NCBI GenBank assembly: GCA_013239625.1
Contig: MU053652.1
Location: 372,001-436,000 of the forward strand
Direction: 5' to 3'
Length of the DNA stretch: 64,000 nt
DNA from: Lama guanicoe
Lineage: Eukaryota
In this document: positions 41,489 through 54,515 of the stretch, piece after piece
Numbering within the stretch: the first letter of the stretch is position 1
Layout: every line of letters starts with the position of its first letter
Notes under the pieces: generated by a model
Database searches by the model: none
What the model saw: the letters and a program-made list of their open reading frames with translations, nothing else
Told to the model about the DNA's origin: nothing
Translations under genes and position numbers: made by a program

Positions 41489-43699
41489 AGAGTAAAGGTG
41501 TGTACAAAGAAAAGAGCCAACTCAACAATACCATAAGTAGAAGAATGGACATAAATGGGATCGGTCCAGATCTTTCATTTATTTACAGAAAGAGTGTTCT
41601 ATATTCCACTGGCCAGGAAGGCTATGAAAGTGAAAAACAACAAGAGCCTTGCAACTTTTTGTTAAGTAAGTTTTTTGACACATGGCAACTAGTGATTAAT
41701 TACTGTGTTAGAAGATAACATTCCTACAGAGATTTGCTGGAAATACAGATGCTGGCCATGCTTGATTAGACACTGCTTAAGGAATGCTGAGACACGCTGC
41801 TGTAGTCTATTATTTCTGGCTATTTTGGTATCGCTGTTGTATTTGTTTTACATAGCTTCAAGTTCAGTAGAATTGATGGAGCCCCTTTCACAAAACCTGT
41901 CCCTATCAAAAGCAAGAACAGAAAAAAATAAGGCTATAAAGTGTATCTACATATATGTGCATGTATGAGAGCAAGAGAAAATGAGGGAGAAAGAGACTAC
42001 ACATAGTAGGGACATATTATTCCTTTTTGTAACACTTCCTCTTTACAAAGAAAGAACTGCAAGGGAGATGCTCTGTTTCTCATAAGCTTCTAAGAAAACC
42101 GACCCATGTCAGCTGGTTAAAACGTTCAGGGCATTAAAGATAAACTAAACTTTGTCATTATCCAAGCTCTTTACTACAAAAAGGAAGCCTTGATTTGATA
42201 CCTATTCGTTCATCCAACATACAAAATGAGTACTTTGGTCCATGCACTGAGGAAATCAAAAACATCTGCATCTCTTAGAGAGTCCAAGACTTGTAAAGAT
42301 ATGTCTTTCAAACTGGGATCAGGACAGAATCATCCAATGCTATGTATTTATCCGCGTCAATCTCCTTTCATAGTTCATTAAAGGTTAAGAGTAATAATGG
42401 CAGTACCTCTCTCTCACATAGTCACATTTCAGCTTAAACCTACCTCCTTGGATATCACTCAGAAATTCAACAGTTAAAGGCATGGCTTTCCTGAAGAAAT
42501 GCTTTGTAGGTATATGGCCTATCAATGCCAACTTTAATATTGCCCAGTCAGCATTTGATTATTCAGATGATAGTGTTTTTAACGTGTGTTCAGGCCCTGT
42601 ACTGTCTCCCAAAGACTGTGTTAATTTACTTATTTCAGCTAAATTTTTAAAAAAATCATTTAAAAAAGGATGATTGAATTTAGGAATTACATGCCTTAGA
42701 GAATTAGAAATGCTTCTCTGTATCCCTTAGGCCTCTATGTTCTTAACTTCCCCTTGTCAATGTTATTATGAATAGACTAATTCAATAATGAGATCATTCC
42801 CATAAGAGATACCAAATAAATGCAGCATGCAGTCACACCTGGTTTCCCTAATCTGAGCAAGGAAGGGTTTCCGCCAAATTTAGCCTAAAATAGGGAATTT
42901 AATACACACACACACACACAAATAGGAAAAAAAAGGCAGGGAAGGATGACAGAAAAGCAAAAGAACAGAGTAGCAACTGAACAAATGGAGTGAGAGATTG
43001 GAAAAAAAGGATAAAAATGAAGATACATGGTTATACAATTCCAAAACAAAGATCCTAGCATATGTCTTCATAATTATCAAAGTAATACAATATTTCATCA
43101 TCCCCTTAAATGTCTCAAGAATGATTTAAAATTTGCTTGAACTTCTCCAGGAATTGAAAAATCAAGTAAGAAGACAAAGAAATATTAAATATTAGGCAGG
43201 CGCATTCTGGACTGTTAAAAACAAATGGCTTCTTTGGCATAAAGGAATTTGTGGAATAATTCATCTAGGTATAAACAGCAATAAAGAACCAATACCACAA
43301 TCATCACCCAACTTCTTCAAAACTGCTTAAGTTTTCACTAAAGCACCAAAGGGCCAATGATTTAAGAAAGGTATAGTTAGTGCTAAGACCACATGAAGAG
43401 AGCAAAATTAACTGTTAAATTTGAAAAGGTGTATAATAAGGAAACACTAAAAGCTGAGATCAGCAAACCTAGAAAAGAGAAAGTGAAAATGCTACTTAAA
43501 AGAAGAACATTCAATTAATTACATGAAGGAACAGCATAGACAGTGATGAGTAACCGCTTTCCCCCCATTAAAACAAGGGGAGATGAATTTCACCTGAAAA
43601 AGACAGAAGTGACGAGGAAATAGATTCAAGTAAAAATACACTCCACACATGTCATTTATGATGAGAGGAAAATGTGAAAAATCCAAATGACAAATTTGC

Positions 43700-44320
43700 A
43701 AATAATTAAATAAGGAAATTATGGTTTACTTATACCATGGAACATTTGTTCAAGCATTAAGAATAATATTTGCAAGGAGTGTTGATGGAGATGGGGAAAA
43801 TCATGCTTTCAAAGAATATTATTCATATGGGAAAATGCAATTCAATGAGTATACAACACATTAACAATTCTGTGAAGAGAAATCATACACATATACACGC
43901 ATGAACCCTCACCTATACACACAGCACATGCACAAAAACCTGGAGAAAGTCTATCAAAAATCATCACCTCTACATGAAAAGTTTAAGGGTCATGTTTATA
44001 TTCTTCTTTGTATTTTATGTTACATATTTTATGCAATGAGCATATATTACTTTTATAATCAAAGTTATTGAAGTTTAGTAGTAAAACAACTTAAGTTAGA
44101 CAATAGGAAAAATTACCCACTTAAGGGTTGTTAAATATCCAACAGGACTTTAAAGAATTACGTTCTCTGTGACCAAAGAACATCTATTTGCTCCCTTTAC
44201 CTTTTGAAAATTGAGATATAACTGACCTATCACTACATTAGTTTCAGATGTACAACATAATGCTTCAATCTATGTATATATTGTGAAAGGATCATCACAA
44301 GTTTAATTAACATCCATCAC
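43700..44320. mobile_element. L1 3'-end fragments (plus strand ~43700-44070; minus strand ~44203-44320)
   Basis: ATGAGCATATATTACTTTTATAATCA (L1ME-like end) and GAGATATAACTGAC...TTTCAGATGTACAACATAATG. Confidence 0.6.
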
Positions 44321-44428
44321 TTTTTTTTCTTTAACTTTTTAAGTACTAAGAATCCATTTTCAAAAATGATTTTATAGGCAATGAGTCTTTGCTTTGGTAC
44401 AGGAACTGAGCCCAACCTTCTCTCCTAC

Positions 44429-44588
44429 CTTGCGAAGTCCAGGTCTGCCTCCCGCGACATGGTGATGTTGGTCAAATTCTGCTGAAGGACAAAAATATTC
44501 CTACACATTTTCTTGATGCCAGACTCACTGATGCGCCTGAAGTACTGGGCACCGTTAATGAGGATGCAGGAGATCAGGTGTCCTAGGC
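44429..44588 (-). CDS. EXOC4: EXOC4 internal coding exon, 160 bp (probably exon 17, penultimate)
   Basis: Translates (G|GC)[52 protein letters not shown](AG|). Acceptor ccctcag|GCCT with an upstream pyrimidine tract and CACTAAT branch-like motif; donor CAAG|gtagga. Confidence 0.97.
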
Positions 44589-46496
44589 CTGAGGGATCAG
44601 CATCAGGCAGTGGGGAGGAAAGAGAAGGCAGATTAGTGCCATCCTGCATAAACCAAGGCACAGGATTCCTCTCTTCTAATTCTCTGCAAATTTAAATGAC
44701 CAAAGAACACTTATCTCTGATGGTTGTACCAGTTGGTCTTACAATGATTTCAGAGTATTTATACATTGCCCAAGGAATTACAAATAAGGAGACTCTTTTG
44801 CTGGCAATAAAACCTGGTATATCCACAGCTCTAGCATTGCCATATACAGCTAAAGCCACCATGCCAGGGCTTAGAGATTATGCTAGGTTGTTATAAACTG
44901 CTGAAGTGCAGAGGACTCTTGTTTCTCTGTATAGTGATTTTAAAACAGAGAAAAACGCATATAAACATGATGATCTTTTTGGCCTCCTTTTCCTCCCACC
45001 AAACAGGTAGGAGTGTATTTCCATCTTAAAAGTTGATTGGGAACCTACCTAAGTAAAAATAAATCAATAGGAACCAAGGCTACAGGCAATACTGTTAATA
45101 CACCTCAACACTGACAACGGAGTCTATTTCCAAAGCAGTAGCTGGGGAGAATGTAATCAGAAACCAAGTGCCAAAGGAAAAGCAGACCATGCATTAACTG
45201 TTGAGTTTCCATGAGACACATAAGGACTTTTCTGGGGTCTCATGGGTGGTTTGTTCTCACAGCCTAAGAACTGTCTCAAGGTTTATGAAATTCGGCAAAG
45301 AGCTGGTTATTACATTTAGACTCAACTGAAGTTGAGAAATACTGGTCAGAACAACTCGAGGCACATGTGGGTTACCATTTTTAGAACTCAAGATTTTAAT
45401 TCTAAATATTTGGAAATAAGTAAACCTCTCTTCCTTCTTTTTCCCTTATTCTTACAAAGTTGGACTCTATAGGACCTTTCCCCCAGAATTCTAAAGCTGG
45501 CCTGACTAGTCACAAGTCTATTATTTTTGCTACTTTCCTCTTCTGAAGTCACAGTGGCGGTTATGGTGCAGATCAGAGCTCAGGGCATAACTTCAGATTC
45601 AGTGGCTCCTTCTGTTTTCAAAATGGGTTTTCTCTTGATTAGGATAAAGTTACAAAAGGGACAGGGGAAGGCATCCTCTCCTACTTCGGCTACCATCACC
45701 CAACGCTGCTGCAAGACCACAGTCTCATTTGTATGTGCTACTATTTGAAACTGAAGTAAAAAGCTTTTTACTCAAAGCTAAAGAAACACATGCATAGATT
45801 TTACATTTAAGGCTGGATAATTTATATGAAAGATCTCTGTAGGCCAAGTTTTGCTGTGATTCCCCTGAGCCCATAACTTCAGGCAGAACTTTGTTGAACA
45901 TGGTCTGGCCTAAGTGTAGGCCATGAAGGGATGCACTGTCTGTAGAGAATGGTCAACAGATTAAATAAATACATTTATATAATAAGTATAATAAATTATG
46001 ATAAAACCAGTTTAAAAAGTTATATTATCACTATATACCAGGAATTCTAAACAGTATCTGATTAAAATATTCTGCCTTAAAAAACAAATAAAATAAAATA
46101 CTCCTGCCACACGAAGATCGAGACCACTGCCACCTCCCCAACTTGGAAAACTCTATACTATGCCTTTGAATTTAGAAAGTTATATCACAGAGAGATAGCC
46201 AGTTTTTTAAATAGGGAGTCTCAAATACACGATTTTTTTTTCAGTTGAAATCTTTTCCACGTCAGTTATGGTACAGTATCACTTATACTTTTTGGGCAGT
46301 TTTTTAGGGATTTTCCCGTTCAGAACTCATCTCCATCACTGTGACATAATTTAATGGGAAAATAGGATTTTTTTGGTCCAAATTTCCTGGAAAAGAACTA
46401 TTTCATAAAGCAAGACATGGTCGTGCACTGACACTTTCTTCAGGCTGCCACAATCCTTTGCACAAAGTACCTTCTTAAGTGTTTTAAATAACACTG

Positions 46497-46611
46497 CTTT
46501 GAGGGATAGAGCTCAGTGGTAGAGCACATGCTTAGCATGCACAAGGTCCTGGGTTCAATCCCAGTACCTCCAATAAAAATAAATAAAAAATAAATTATTA
46601 AAAATAAATAT
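46497..46611 (+). mobile_element. tRNA-derived SINE, Vic-1 type
   Basis: GAGCTCAGTGGTAGAGCACATGCTTAGCATGCACAAGGTCCTGGGTTCAATCCCAGTACCTCC followed by an A-rich tail. TSD ATAACACTG (46488-46496 / 46612-46620). Confidence 0.88.
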
Positions 46612-47319
46612 ATAACACTGGTGTAATTCTGTGAGATATCACAGATGCTTTTGGCACCCAGGTCTACACCAACCGAAACAAGAAAAGAGGGGATGTAATC
46701 TGAAGTCCTAAAGGGGGTCGTTTGGAGCCTGAAAGTGATTCGGCCGGCAGCGCATTTTTGTAAATGTCAAGGGCGATGCCCCTGGATGGTACTGTCTTTC
46801 ACACCTTCCTTGTCTCCTTGACCCTGAAGGCATCTACAAATGCAACCTTCTTCAAACTGCTGCTCCTCAGAGGTTTCTGTTCTTTTCAGACAATAACTCA
46901 CTACCTAAGAGAAAACTTCTCTTTCCAGTGATCATTTTAGCCTGTAAGGGGATCTTTTGGAGTTCTCTCCTTATTGTGTGTGTGTTTCTTTTTCCTTTAT
47001 GAGCTCCTCTTGAGTTAATTTGTGGTGCACTCCACACATTTACCCAGTTCTCCTCTAGTGGCATGTCAGGAAGGCAGCCGGGCTGCCATCTGCCTTATCT
47101 TGGACTAAATCTCCTTAACAAGAAGGATCGCATGACAGCCATACTGCCGCCTACCTCACTGCCCACGGAGAGGCTAGGTAGTGCAGCTTTAATCCAAAAA
47201 GGGAAAAAAACCACAACAACTTTTTCCTACAGATTTTGGACTTCTGTCGTATAGAAAAATCAGAAAAATCTTCACTCTTCCTTCCTCCCAAACTCCCAGG
47301 GACCGGGGCAGGGTCTGAC

Positions 47320-47498
47320 CTTCAAATATATACTGGAACTTGTGCTGCTGGAGGCTGGCACTCATGGCCTCTTCAATGGCACTGATGTCCTTGTTGAGCT
47401 TGACCACCAGGGGGTCATAATCCATGCTTTCCACGTTAGCGACAATGGCATAGTTCCCCTCCTTCGCAAGAGGGATGAGATAGTGGAAACAGTGAACC
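47320..47498 (-). CDS. EXOC4: EXOC4 internal coding exon, 179 bp (probably exon 16)
   Basis: Translates (|G)[59 protein letters not shown](G|). Acceptor tctctttttcag|GGTT and donor GAAG|gtcaga; joins the previous exon in frame (AG|G = Arg). Confidence 0.97.
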
Positions 47499-47799
47499 CT
47501 GAAAAAGAGAGAGACGGGGAAAGCAGTTCGTTTACATAACTCTTTTTGATGAAAATAACAATCTTCTTGTGACAATGCACCCAAATATTTAAGACAGCAG
47601 CGGCCCTGTAAATTTTTATATACCTCTCCCCAATTTCACCAAAAAGCCACCTTAGTTATTCTATAGAAAAATTGAGTGATCTTGAGCAAGTCAGCTTCTG
47701 GGATTCTCACTTGTTTAACCCATACGTTGAGGGTGAAGATCAGATGAGCTCTAAAATTCCTTTCAATGAGACTGTTTCAGAGCCTGAGAAGCATTATCT

Positions 47800-48040
47800 C
47801 TTTCAGCAGATATTGTAGTGAAAATGAGAGGCAGAGGTCACAGACCTTTGAAACTTTGGTTTCAATTCCCATTTACTGGCTATGTGACTTCAGGCAAGTT
47901 ACCTTCTCTCTCTAAGGCTCAGTCTTCTTATCTGTGAAATGGGGATGGTAGCAACACACACCTCACAGGGTGCTCTGTGGAGCTACTACAGAAAAAGAGT
48001 ATAGCACAGGGCCTGCTGCTACTGCCGTATTTATTACTGT
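47800..48040 (+). mobile_element. MIR SINE
   Basis: TGTGACTTCAGGCAAGTTAC...CTCAGTCTTCTTATCTGTGAAATGGGGATG...CCTCACAGGG. Confidence 0.75.
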
Positions 48041-48774
48041 TCATCTAGTACTTAAACAAAATGCTTACCAACCATGTAGGAATTTGTTAGAAATTGTGCT
48101 AGGCTCTGGGAATGGGAGACAGACTTAGTGCCACTAAAGATTCCACTGCTTAACAGGGATGACCCAGAAAAATGGACCAAAAGAGGGCAGTGTCTCACTC
48201 AGAAGGACATGTACCCATGGTGCCATGGAGGTTTGCTGAGGGTGTCAGGAAAGGTTCACAACAGGAGGTGATACTTGAGTTGCGTAGGACATATCTGCGT
48301 GAGCCTGTGGAAGGAGCACATTCCTTTGTTGAAATGGCCCGCATCAGTTTGTTTGGTCATGCACAATTCTTAGGTTCTTTTTGGTAGGTATCACTAACTA
48401 CCAACAAAGTCTGAGACGACTAAGGACTGGCTCTTCCATAACCTTTATATTAAGCTGAAAGCAAGTTCCAGACCAAATCATTCTACCGCACATACAGGTA
48501 TTTATTAAAAACAAACAAATAACAACGCTAAAATCCCACCATCCACTGGCGAACATAATTCAAACAGGCTGTTCTGTAAGCTCAGTGATTGTTTTAGGTT
48601 CTGTGTCTGATCTTGCCATGGAAGGTTCACTGGAAGTAGACAAGATGACAACCTGGAGTTAGGGCTGCTACCCTTAGAGTTGGCATCCAGTAACAAGAAA
48701 TAGTCCTAAACAAACGGCTGCAAAAGCCTTGGGCAATATCCCTAATTATGCAGCTATAGGCTTGACCATCATCT

Positions 48775-50200
48775 TTCTTTTTTAAAGTCAGGTTTATGGG
48801 CAAATAATTTACAAACAGTATATTTGCCTTTTTCAGTGTACAGTTTTATGAGATCTGACAAATGCAGCTGGCTGTATAAGCACCGCCATAACCAAGTTAT
48901 AGAGCAATATCATCACCTCCAGAATTCCCCTGTGCCCCGTTGAAGTCAACCCCTACTGACACCCCAAGGCTCTCACAACCACAGATCTATTTTCTGTCCC
49001 CACAGTTTTCTCTCTTCCAGAATGCCATATAAATAGAACATGTAGTCTGTAGCCTTTGGAGTTTGGCTTCTTTCAGTCCTCCTAAAGCACCTGAAATTTA
49101 TCCACGTTGTCGTTCATTCCTTGCCATGGCTGAGAGGCCTCTCACATATGAATGCGTTGTGATTTAACCGTTCACCAGCTGACATCTGGATTGTTTCTAT
49201 TTTGGGGTGATTATGAATGAAGCTGCTTTGTGTACAGGTTTTTGTGCAAATATAAATTTTCATTTTTCTTGGAAGTGAGATTCCCCTAGAAGTAGGATTG
49301 CTGGGTCATATGATAAGTGTATGTTTAATTTTATAAGAAACTGCCAAATTATCTTCCAAAGGAGCTGTGCCATTTTGCTTTCCTACCAGTAATGTATGAG
49401 CGTTCCAGTTGCTCTGCATCTTCACCAACACTTACCGCTGTCAGTTTTTTTTTTAAATTTCAGCTTTATTGAGGTATAATTGACATAAAATTATAAGATC
49501 TGCTTAGTGTACATCAGGGTGATCTGATATATGTACACATTGTGGAAGGATTCCTTCCATTCACTAATTAACAAATCCATCACCTCATATATTTATCCTT
49601 TTTCAAACATGAGAATATTTAAGTACTACTCTCCCAGCAAATTTCAATTATTCAATACCAGTGTCTTTTTTTTTAATTGAGCTTATTTTACTTAACATAA
49701 TGCCTTCAAGTGCTTGTCAGTTCAAAAAACAACTTTATAGATGCATGGTGGTATCATTTTGGTTTTAACTTGCATTTTGCTAGTGACTACTGATATTGGA
49801 CATATTTTCATGTGCTTATTTGCCATCCATTTATCTTTGTCTTCACATCATTTGTGCCATCTTCTATTGAGTTGTTTGTTTTCTTATCACTAAGTTTTGA
49901 GAATTCTTTACATATGCTGAATACAAGTTATCAGACATGCATTTTGCAAATATTTTCTTGCAATCTTTGGCTTGTCCTTTTATCTCAACAATGTCTTTCA
50001 AGGAATGGTTTTAAACTTTGATAAAGTTCAATGTATCATTTTTTTCTTTTATGGATGGTACTTTGGGTGTCAGCTTTAAGAAATCTTTGCCCAAACAAAG
50101 TCACAATGAGTTCTTCCTATATCTTCTTCTAGGCATTTTATAGTCTTAGATTTTACATTTAGATCTATGATCCCTTTCAAGCTAAGTTTTGCACAGGATG
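48775..50200 (-). mobile_element. Old L1MB-like element with a nested L1 3'-end insertion at 49447-49714
   Basis: Antisense L1M motifs. The nested block starts with a T-tract plus TTTATTGAGGTATAATTGAC and is flanked by TGTCAGTT (49439-49446 / 49715-49722). Confidence 0.78.
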
Positions 50201-53149
50201 TGTTATATTCTTATAACCTATTCACGTAAGGGAGTCCAAGTATCGTGACAACCAGTTCGTTTTCATGATAGGTAATCGTATTAACAGCTGTTAATCAACT
50301 AATGATTAATTTTGCCAATAAAAACCTCACTCTGACATTCATGAGGTCATTATCAAAGGATATAGTTTCAATCAGGATACCAGTAATTGCACATTCCCAG
50401 GCCCCTCTGGAATAGGATCCTTTTGATATAATGAAAGTTGACCAGACCTGGAGTGGGATTCACAACAAGGGAAACTGAGCACCACTGTGGTTGAAATTTA
50501 AACTAAGAAGCCCTTAGTTGAAAATAAAATCAGGGGATCAATGCTAAAATATTTTTCCAGTAAGTTACAGACCTTATAGCCTCAGACAAGGGGAAGACCT
50601 TATAGGAAGGCATGAGGGTGTGAATGGAGAATGGTTTGAAGGAATGACCGACCAGTGGTTCGTTTTGGTACACACAGATGACCTGACAGAGGCATGAGGT
50701 GCGCAGGGGCCAGGCCATCCCAGGCTTTGGAAGCCATCTAAGGACTCTGGACTCTGAGAAATTGTAGGGAATCTGAAGAGGATTTTAAGAGGTGAAATGA
50801 TATAATCAAAAATAAGCTTTGGCAAGATGACTCTGGCACAGTATAAAGGGTGAATTAATGGTAGAGAATGGGAGCAAGCGGAAGTAGAGAGATTGCTTAG
50901 GAAATTAGTATGAATTGGGGGTGAGAGCTTCTGAAATCTTCAAGTGACTGGCAGAGAGGAGAGAAAAAAATGTGTTTTCAGGTACTATCTTCCTCTCCCA
51001 AAATGATTAGACATGAAAAAGCAATTAAAATAGTCATTGGCAAATGCCAAATTTAAAACAAGTGTTTTTCTTTTTCTTCTGAATCCTGACATGTTGTGGC
51101 TGACCTTAACACGACTTTGGCATGAAGGTTTTCTGCAAATATTGCTGATTACACAGTGGGAGGGTTGATTTTCAGAAAGTGCACATTCAGGATCCCAACA
51201 GCGACAGGCAGTTACTGTTGAAGCCCCTTAGAACCCTCCTGATGGGGAGAGAAATCAGCCGATAAAGGTGACATTCTTAGCATCTTAGATTCAAATGGCA
51301 ACTTAATTTTCTTCTTCTAAAGTTCAAACAGGGAAAAGAAAACCCAACAATTTTTAATGGTCTCACTATGTCTTTCTTCTCTCGGGGGGTGTCACATGCC
51401 TTATGCTTCAACTGTAAAAAGGCACTGCTTGGTGGTTAAATGTGACCTACAGGGACCGGGGTAAAATGTCAAATGCTCTTTGGATGGGTCCTTCAACACA
51501 GAATTTACTGGATTTGAGAACGCCTTTTGGTCTGAACTTTAACAATGTTGAAGAAGAAGATGGGCTATGGATATACAACTGTTTGGGGGAATAAGACAAA
51601 ATTTCCACATCTGAAGTTGTTCTGGACTTCCTGCTAGCTCTTCCCGTAATTTTTTTGTCTATTCCATCTGTGCTCTTACTACAGTGGCTTCTTGGGTCAA
51701 AGTGCCAGAGACAGTGCCTAACCAGCCACTTCTTCACTGTACCAGCTCCTGGACACAGTGTTTAAGTTCTAATTGTCTTTTCCAGCAGGATGGGAACAAA
51801 ACAAACATTAGCTGATGGATGACAAGGGCGATGTTGGCCCTGCAGTCTTTGTACGTTTTAAATACATGGAGTGGGCTGCCAAATGAAAACAATCTCTAAG
51901 CCAATTCATTCTCTTTAATGAGCAACAGGTCTTGTCTGGGAAACTTGCACTTATTTTTTTCTGGGTTTGATTTCAAACCGGCTAATTCTCAAGAGTCGCT
52001 GAAGCTTTTATTGAGCATCTATTATGCAGCAGGACTGTTCCAGGTTCTGGAGCCACAGCAATGAACAAGGACTGCCCAGTTTTATGTACCATACTTGAGC
52101 AAGAATGAAGACAATATGGCATACATTCTGAAGAAAACAACCTGAATGTGGAAACCATGTTATGTGCAGACATAAGGAAATTTAATTTAGAAAAAATAAA
52201 CATGTGTAGTGTTTTCATTTAGATAATTCTACATCCAGGACTCTAAAACTCAGCCTTTTTTGTTATTCATTCTTAAAATGATCTTTTTTCTGTTTTTAAA
52301 CTAATGATGGAGATATTGTAATAGGTGTCAGAGCAGTGAATCGTTTCTTGTAAAGTTAATAAATAACTACTGAAACAAGTTCAGCATTATTAAGAGTAGT
52401 CCTGCCAACATGTACAAAAATAAAAAGGACAGAATAGAGGTTAAGGATTTAAAAGATCTTATTCAAATGCCCTGAAAATATCCCACTTGGAATTAACTAC
52501 ACTACAAGCTGATAATTGCAAATGCAGAACACACCGTGCATGTACGCCCATAATCAATAGCATAAACTTAAGGAGCTGTGATAGTTAATTTGATGTTCCC
52601 TTGTTTTTCTGTGCAACCCAGGTAACAGAGGCATCAGCGTGTTACTGGGTGGTTTTTTCCCCTTTGTCAATTACGTTTATCTATTCTCAGAAAACACCTG
52701 ATTTCTTTCACTGTCAGCTTATAAATAAAAAGAAAACAAATCTGAAAATGATCGTAAAACAAATCAGAAAACAGAGGAAAAGACTATTTCTGAACAGCTG
52801 AATGTAAGAAATAAGATCAGAAAAATGTTGAGTAAAATAGATTTCGAATCTACAATGCTACTTTTCTCGCTCAATTCACGAGGAGCTCACAAGCAATAAA
52901 GAAGGAACTCGTTGGACAAGACAATGAAGAATGAAAAAAGCCAATAGATTACAAAAAAAAGTGACATCAGCAATACATTTTCAGTTAGGTTTTGCCTGGG
53001 CACACCTGCAAGCTACCTAAGGTCTAACTGGAGTCCAAACATACAAAACCAAAATCCTATTTAAGTTTTTAAAACCTGAATCTAGTAAAGACTCCAAATG
53101 AAAAGAAAATATTCTGTCAACTTGTTTGTTTTAGATCCTGATGTTTCAA

Positions 53150-54515
53150 AAGTACACATCCAACTGTCTATTTGACATTGCTACCTAGATGTCTAATGAG
53201 CATCTCAAACTGAACATTTACGAAATGGAACTCTTGATTTCCACCCCTCCCCCAATCTTTCTTGTCCTTCAGTCTTTCTCACCTCACTCAATGGCCTTGG
53301 CAACCACACAGCTGCTCTGACCCCAAAAGCTAGTGATTTTCCTGGAGTCCTTTCTTCATTGCCACCAGTACCTGCACCCAGTCCAATCAATCAATATATT
53401 TTTATCAGTTCTACCTCCAGAATACACTCCCAATCCAACACTTCCCACACTGTCACCTCTGCCACTCTGGTGCTCATAACTGGTCTCATCTGGTCACTCT
53501 GCTTCCATTCATATTTCTCCATGAAGTTTTTCCCCCATACAACAGCCAGAGTGATCTTTTAAAAATATGAATGAGTGAATGAATGAATGAATATCTCTCC
53601 ACTGCTTAAAACCCTCTGATGGCTCCTTAATGCCTTTAGAATAAAATCTGAAATATTCATTTACACTTGAAGAGCCTGCCATAAGTCTGGCTCCACAACC
53701 TCACGTGATGAGGCTCCAGCCCTCCTCTTTCTTTACCTTCCCTTCTGCTCCTCCCCGCCCCTTGTTTACGAGGCTACAATCACACTGGACTCCTCTCTGT
53801 TCCTCCGAACTGCCAAGCTTGATTCTGTCTCAGGATCTTGTGAATGCTGCTCCTTCCCCCTGAAACTCTTTTCCATCAGGTCTTTGTACAGATGGCTCCT
53901 TCTAGTTACCTCGTCCCAATTTCTCTGACCACTCTGTCTAAAACATAAAATACCAAATCCCCCTTTCTGGTCAACCCCAGCCACCCTCTGCACTGCCCAG
54001 AATGATAACACTAGCTACATGTGGCTACTGAGCACTTGAAACGTGACGAGTCCAAATTCTGATGTGACATTAAGTGTAAAAGATGCAGTAGATTTCAAAG
54101 GCCGAGTACAAAACATGCAAAATATTTCATTAATAATTTTTATGTTAATTACATGTTGAAATGGTAATACCTGGGTATATTGGGGTAGATAAAGTACATT
54201 ATTATGATGTACATGCTTCTATTTTTTCAAATGTAACTATGAAAAAATTTAAATTATTCATGTGGTTCACATGTGTAGCTCACTTTATATTTCTATTCGA
54301 TAGCACTGTTTAATTCTGTTATGCTTTTATTCTCTTAGTTACACTCATTTGAAAGTTTCCTTTTTGGTTCCTCACTGGCTGTTTCCCCTGATTAAAGTGC
54401 AGCTCCACGAGGGCAGGGAACCTGAGGGTTTTGTCACTACTGTATCTCAATTCTTAGAACACCGCCTGGCACGAAGAAGGCGCTCAATGAGTACTTGTGG
54501 AATGAGTAAGAGAAT
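53150..54515 (+). mobile_element. L2 fragment(s) inside the duplicated unit (second copy +2214)
   Basis: GATGTCTAATGAGCATCTCAAACTGAACAT, CAGCCAGAGTGATCTTTTAAAA and 3' end GCTCAATGAGTACTTGTGGAATGA. Confidence 0.75.
53988..54308. mobile_element. MER33/MER3-like hAT-Charlie MITE (second copy 56202-56522)
   Basis: CTAGCTACATGTGGCTACTGAGCACTTGAAA core with TIR-like ends CTGCACTGCCCA... and ...TCTATTCGATAGCACTG. Confidence 0.8.

Larger units (their letters stand above)
1..44428 (-). other. EXOC4: Long EXOC4 intron (probably the last intron), running off the left edge of the window
   Basis: Starts at the donor at 44428. The expected final-exon peptide (QYYEMLYNT...) is not seen in the ORF track, and the sequence is repeat-rich and non-coding. 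Confidence 0.85.

Noticed and set aside
46501..46572. tRNA-Ala-like sequence (also at 27018, 58923 and 61313)
   Set aside because: A-rich tails, TSDs and broken stems show these are SINEs, not tRNA genes.
47189..47584. Full-length ORF calls around the exons (also 44425-44661 and 57397-57642)
   Set aside because: Similarity to Sec8 stops exactly at the AG/GT boundaries; the extensions are intronic read-through.
52595..52650. Pyrimidine tract plus CAG|GTAAC (recursive-splice-like) with a small ACCCAG(G)TAACA/TGTTACTGGGT hairpin, present in both duplicate copies
   Set aside because: It is on the plus strand, opposite to EXOC4 transcription, and there is no evidence for a plus-strand transcript. 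The hairpin is too short for a miRNA precursor.
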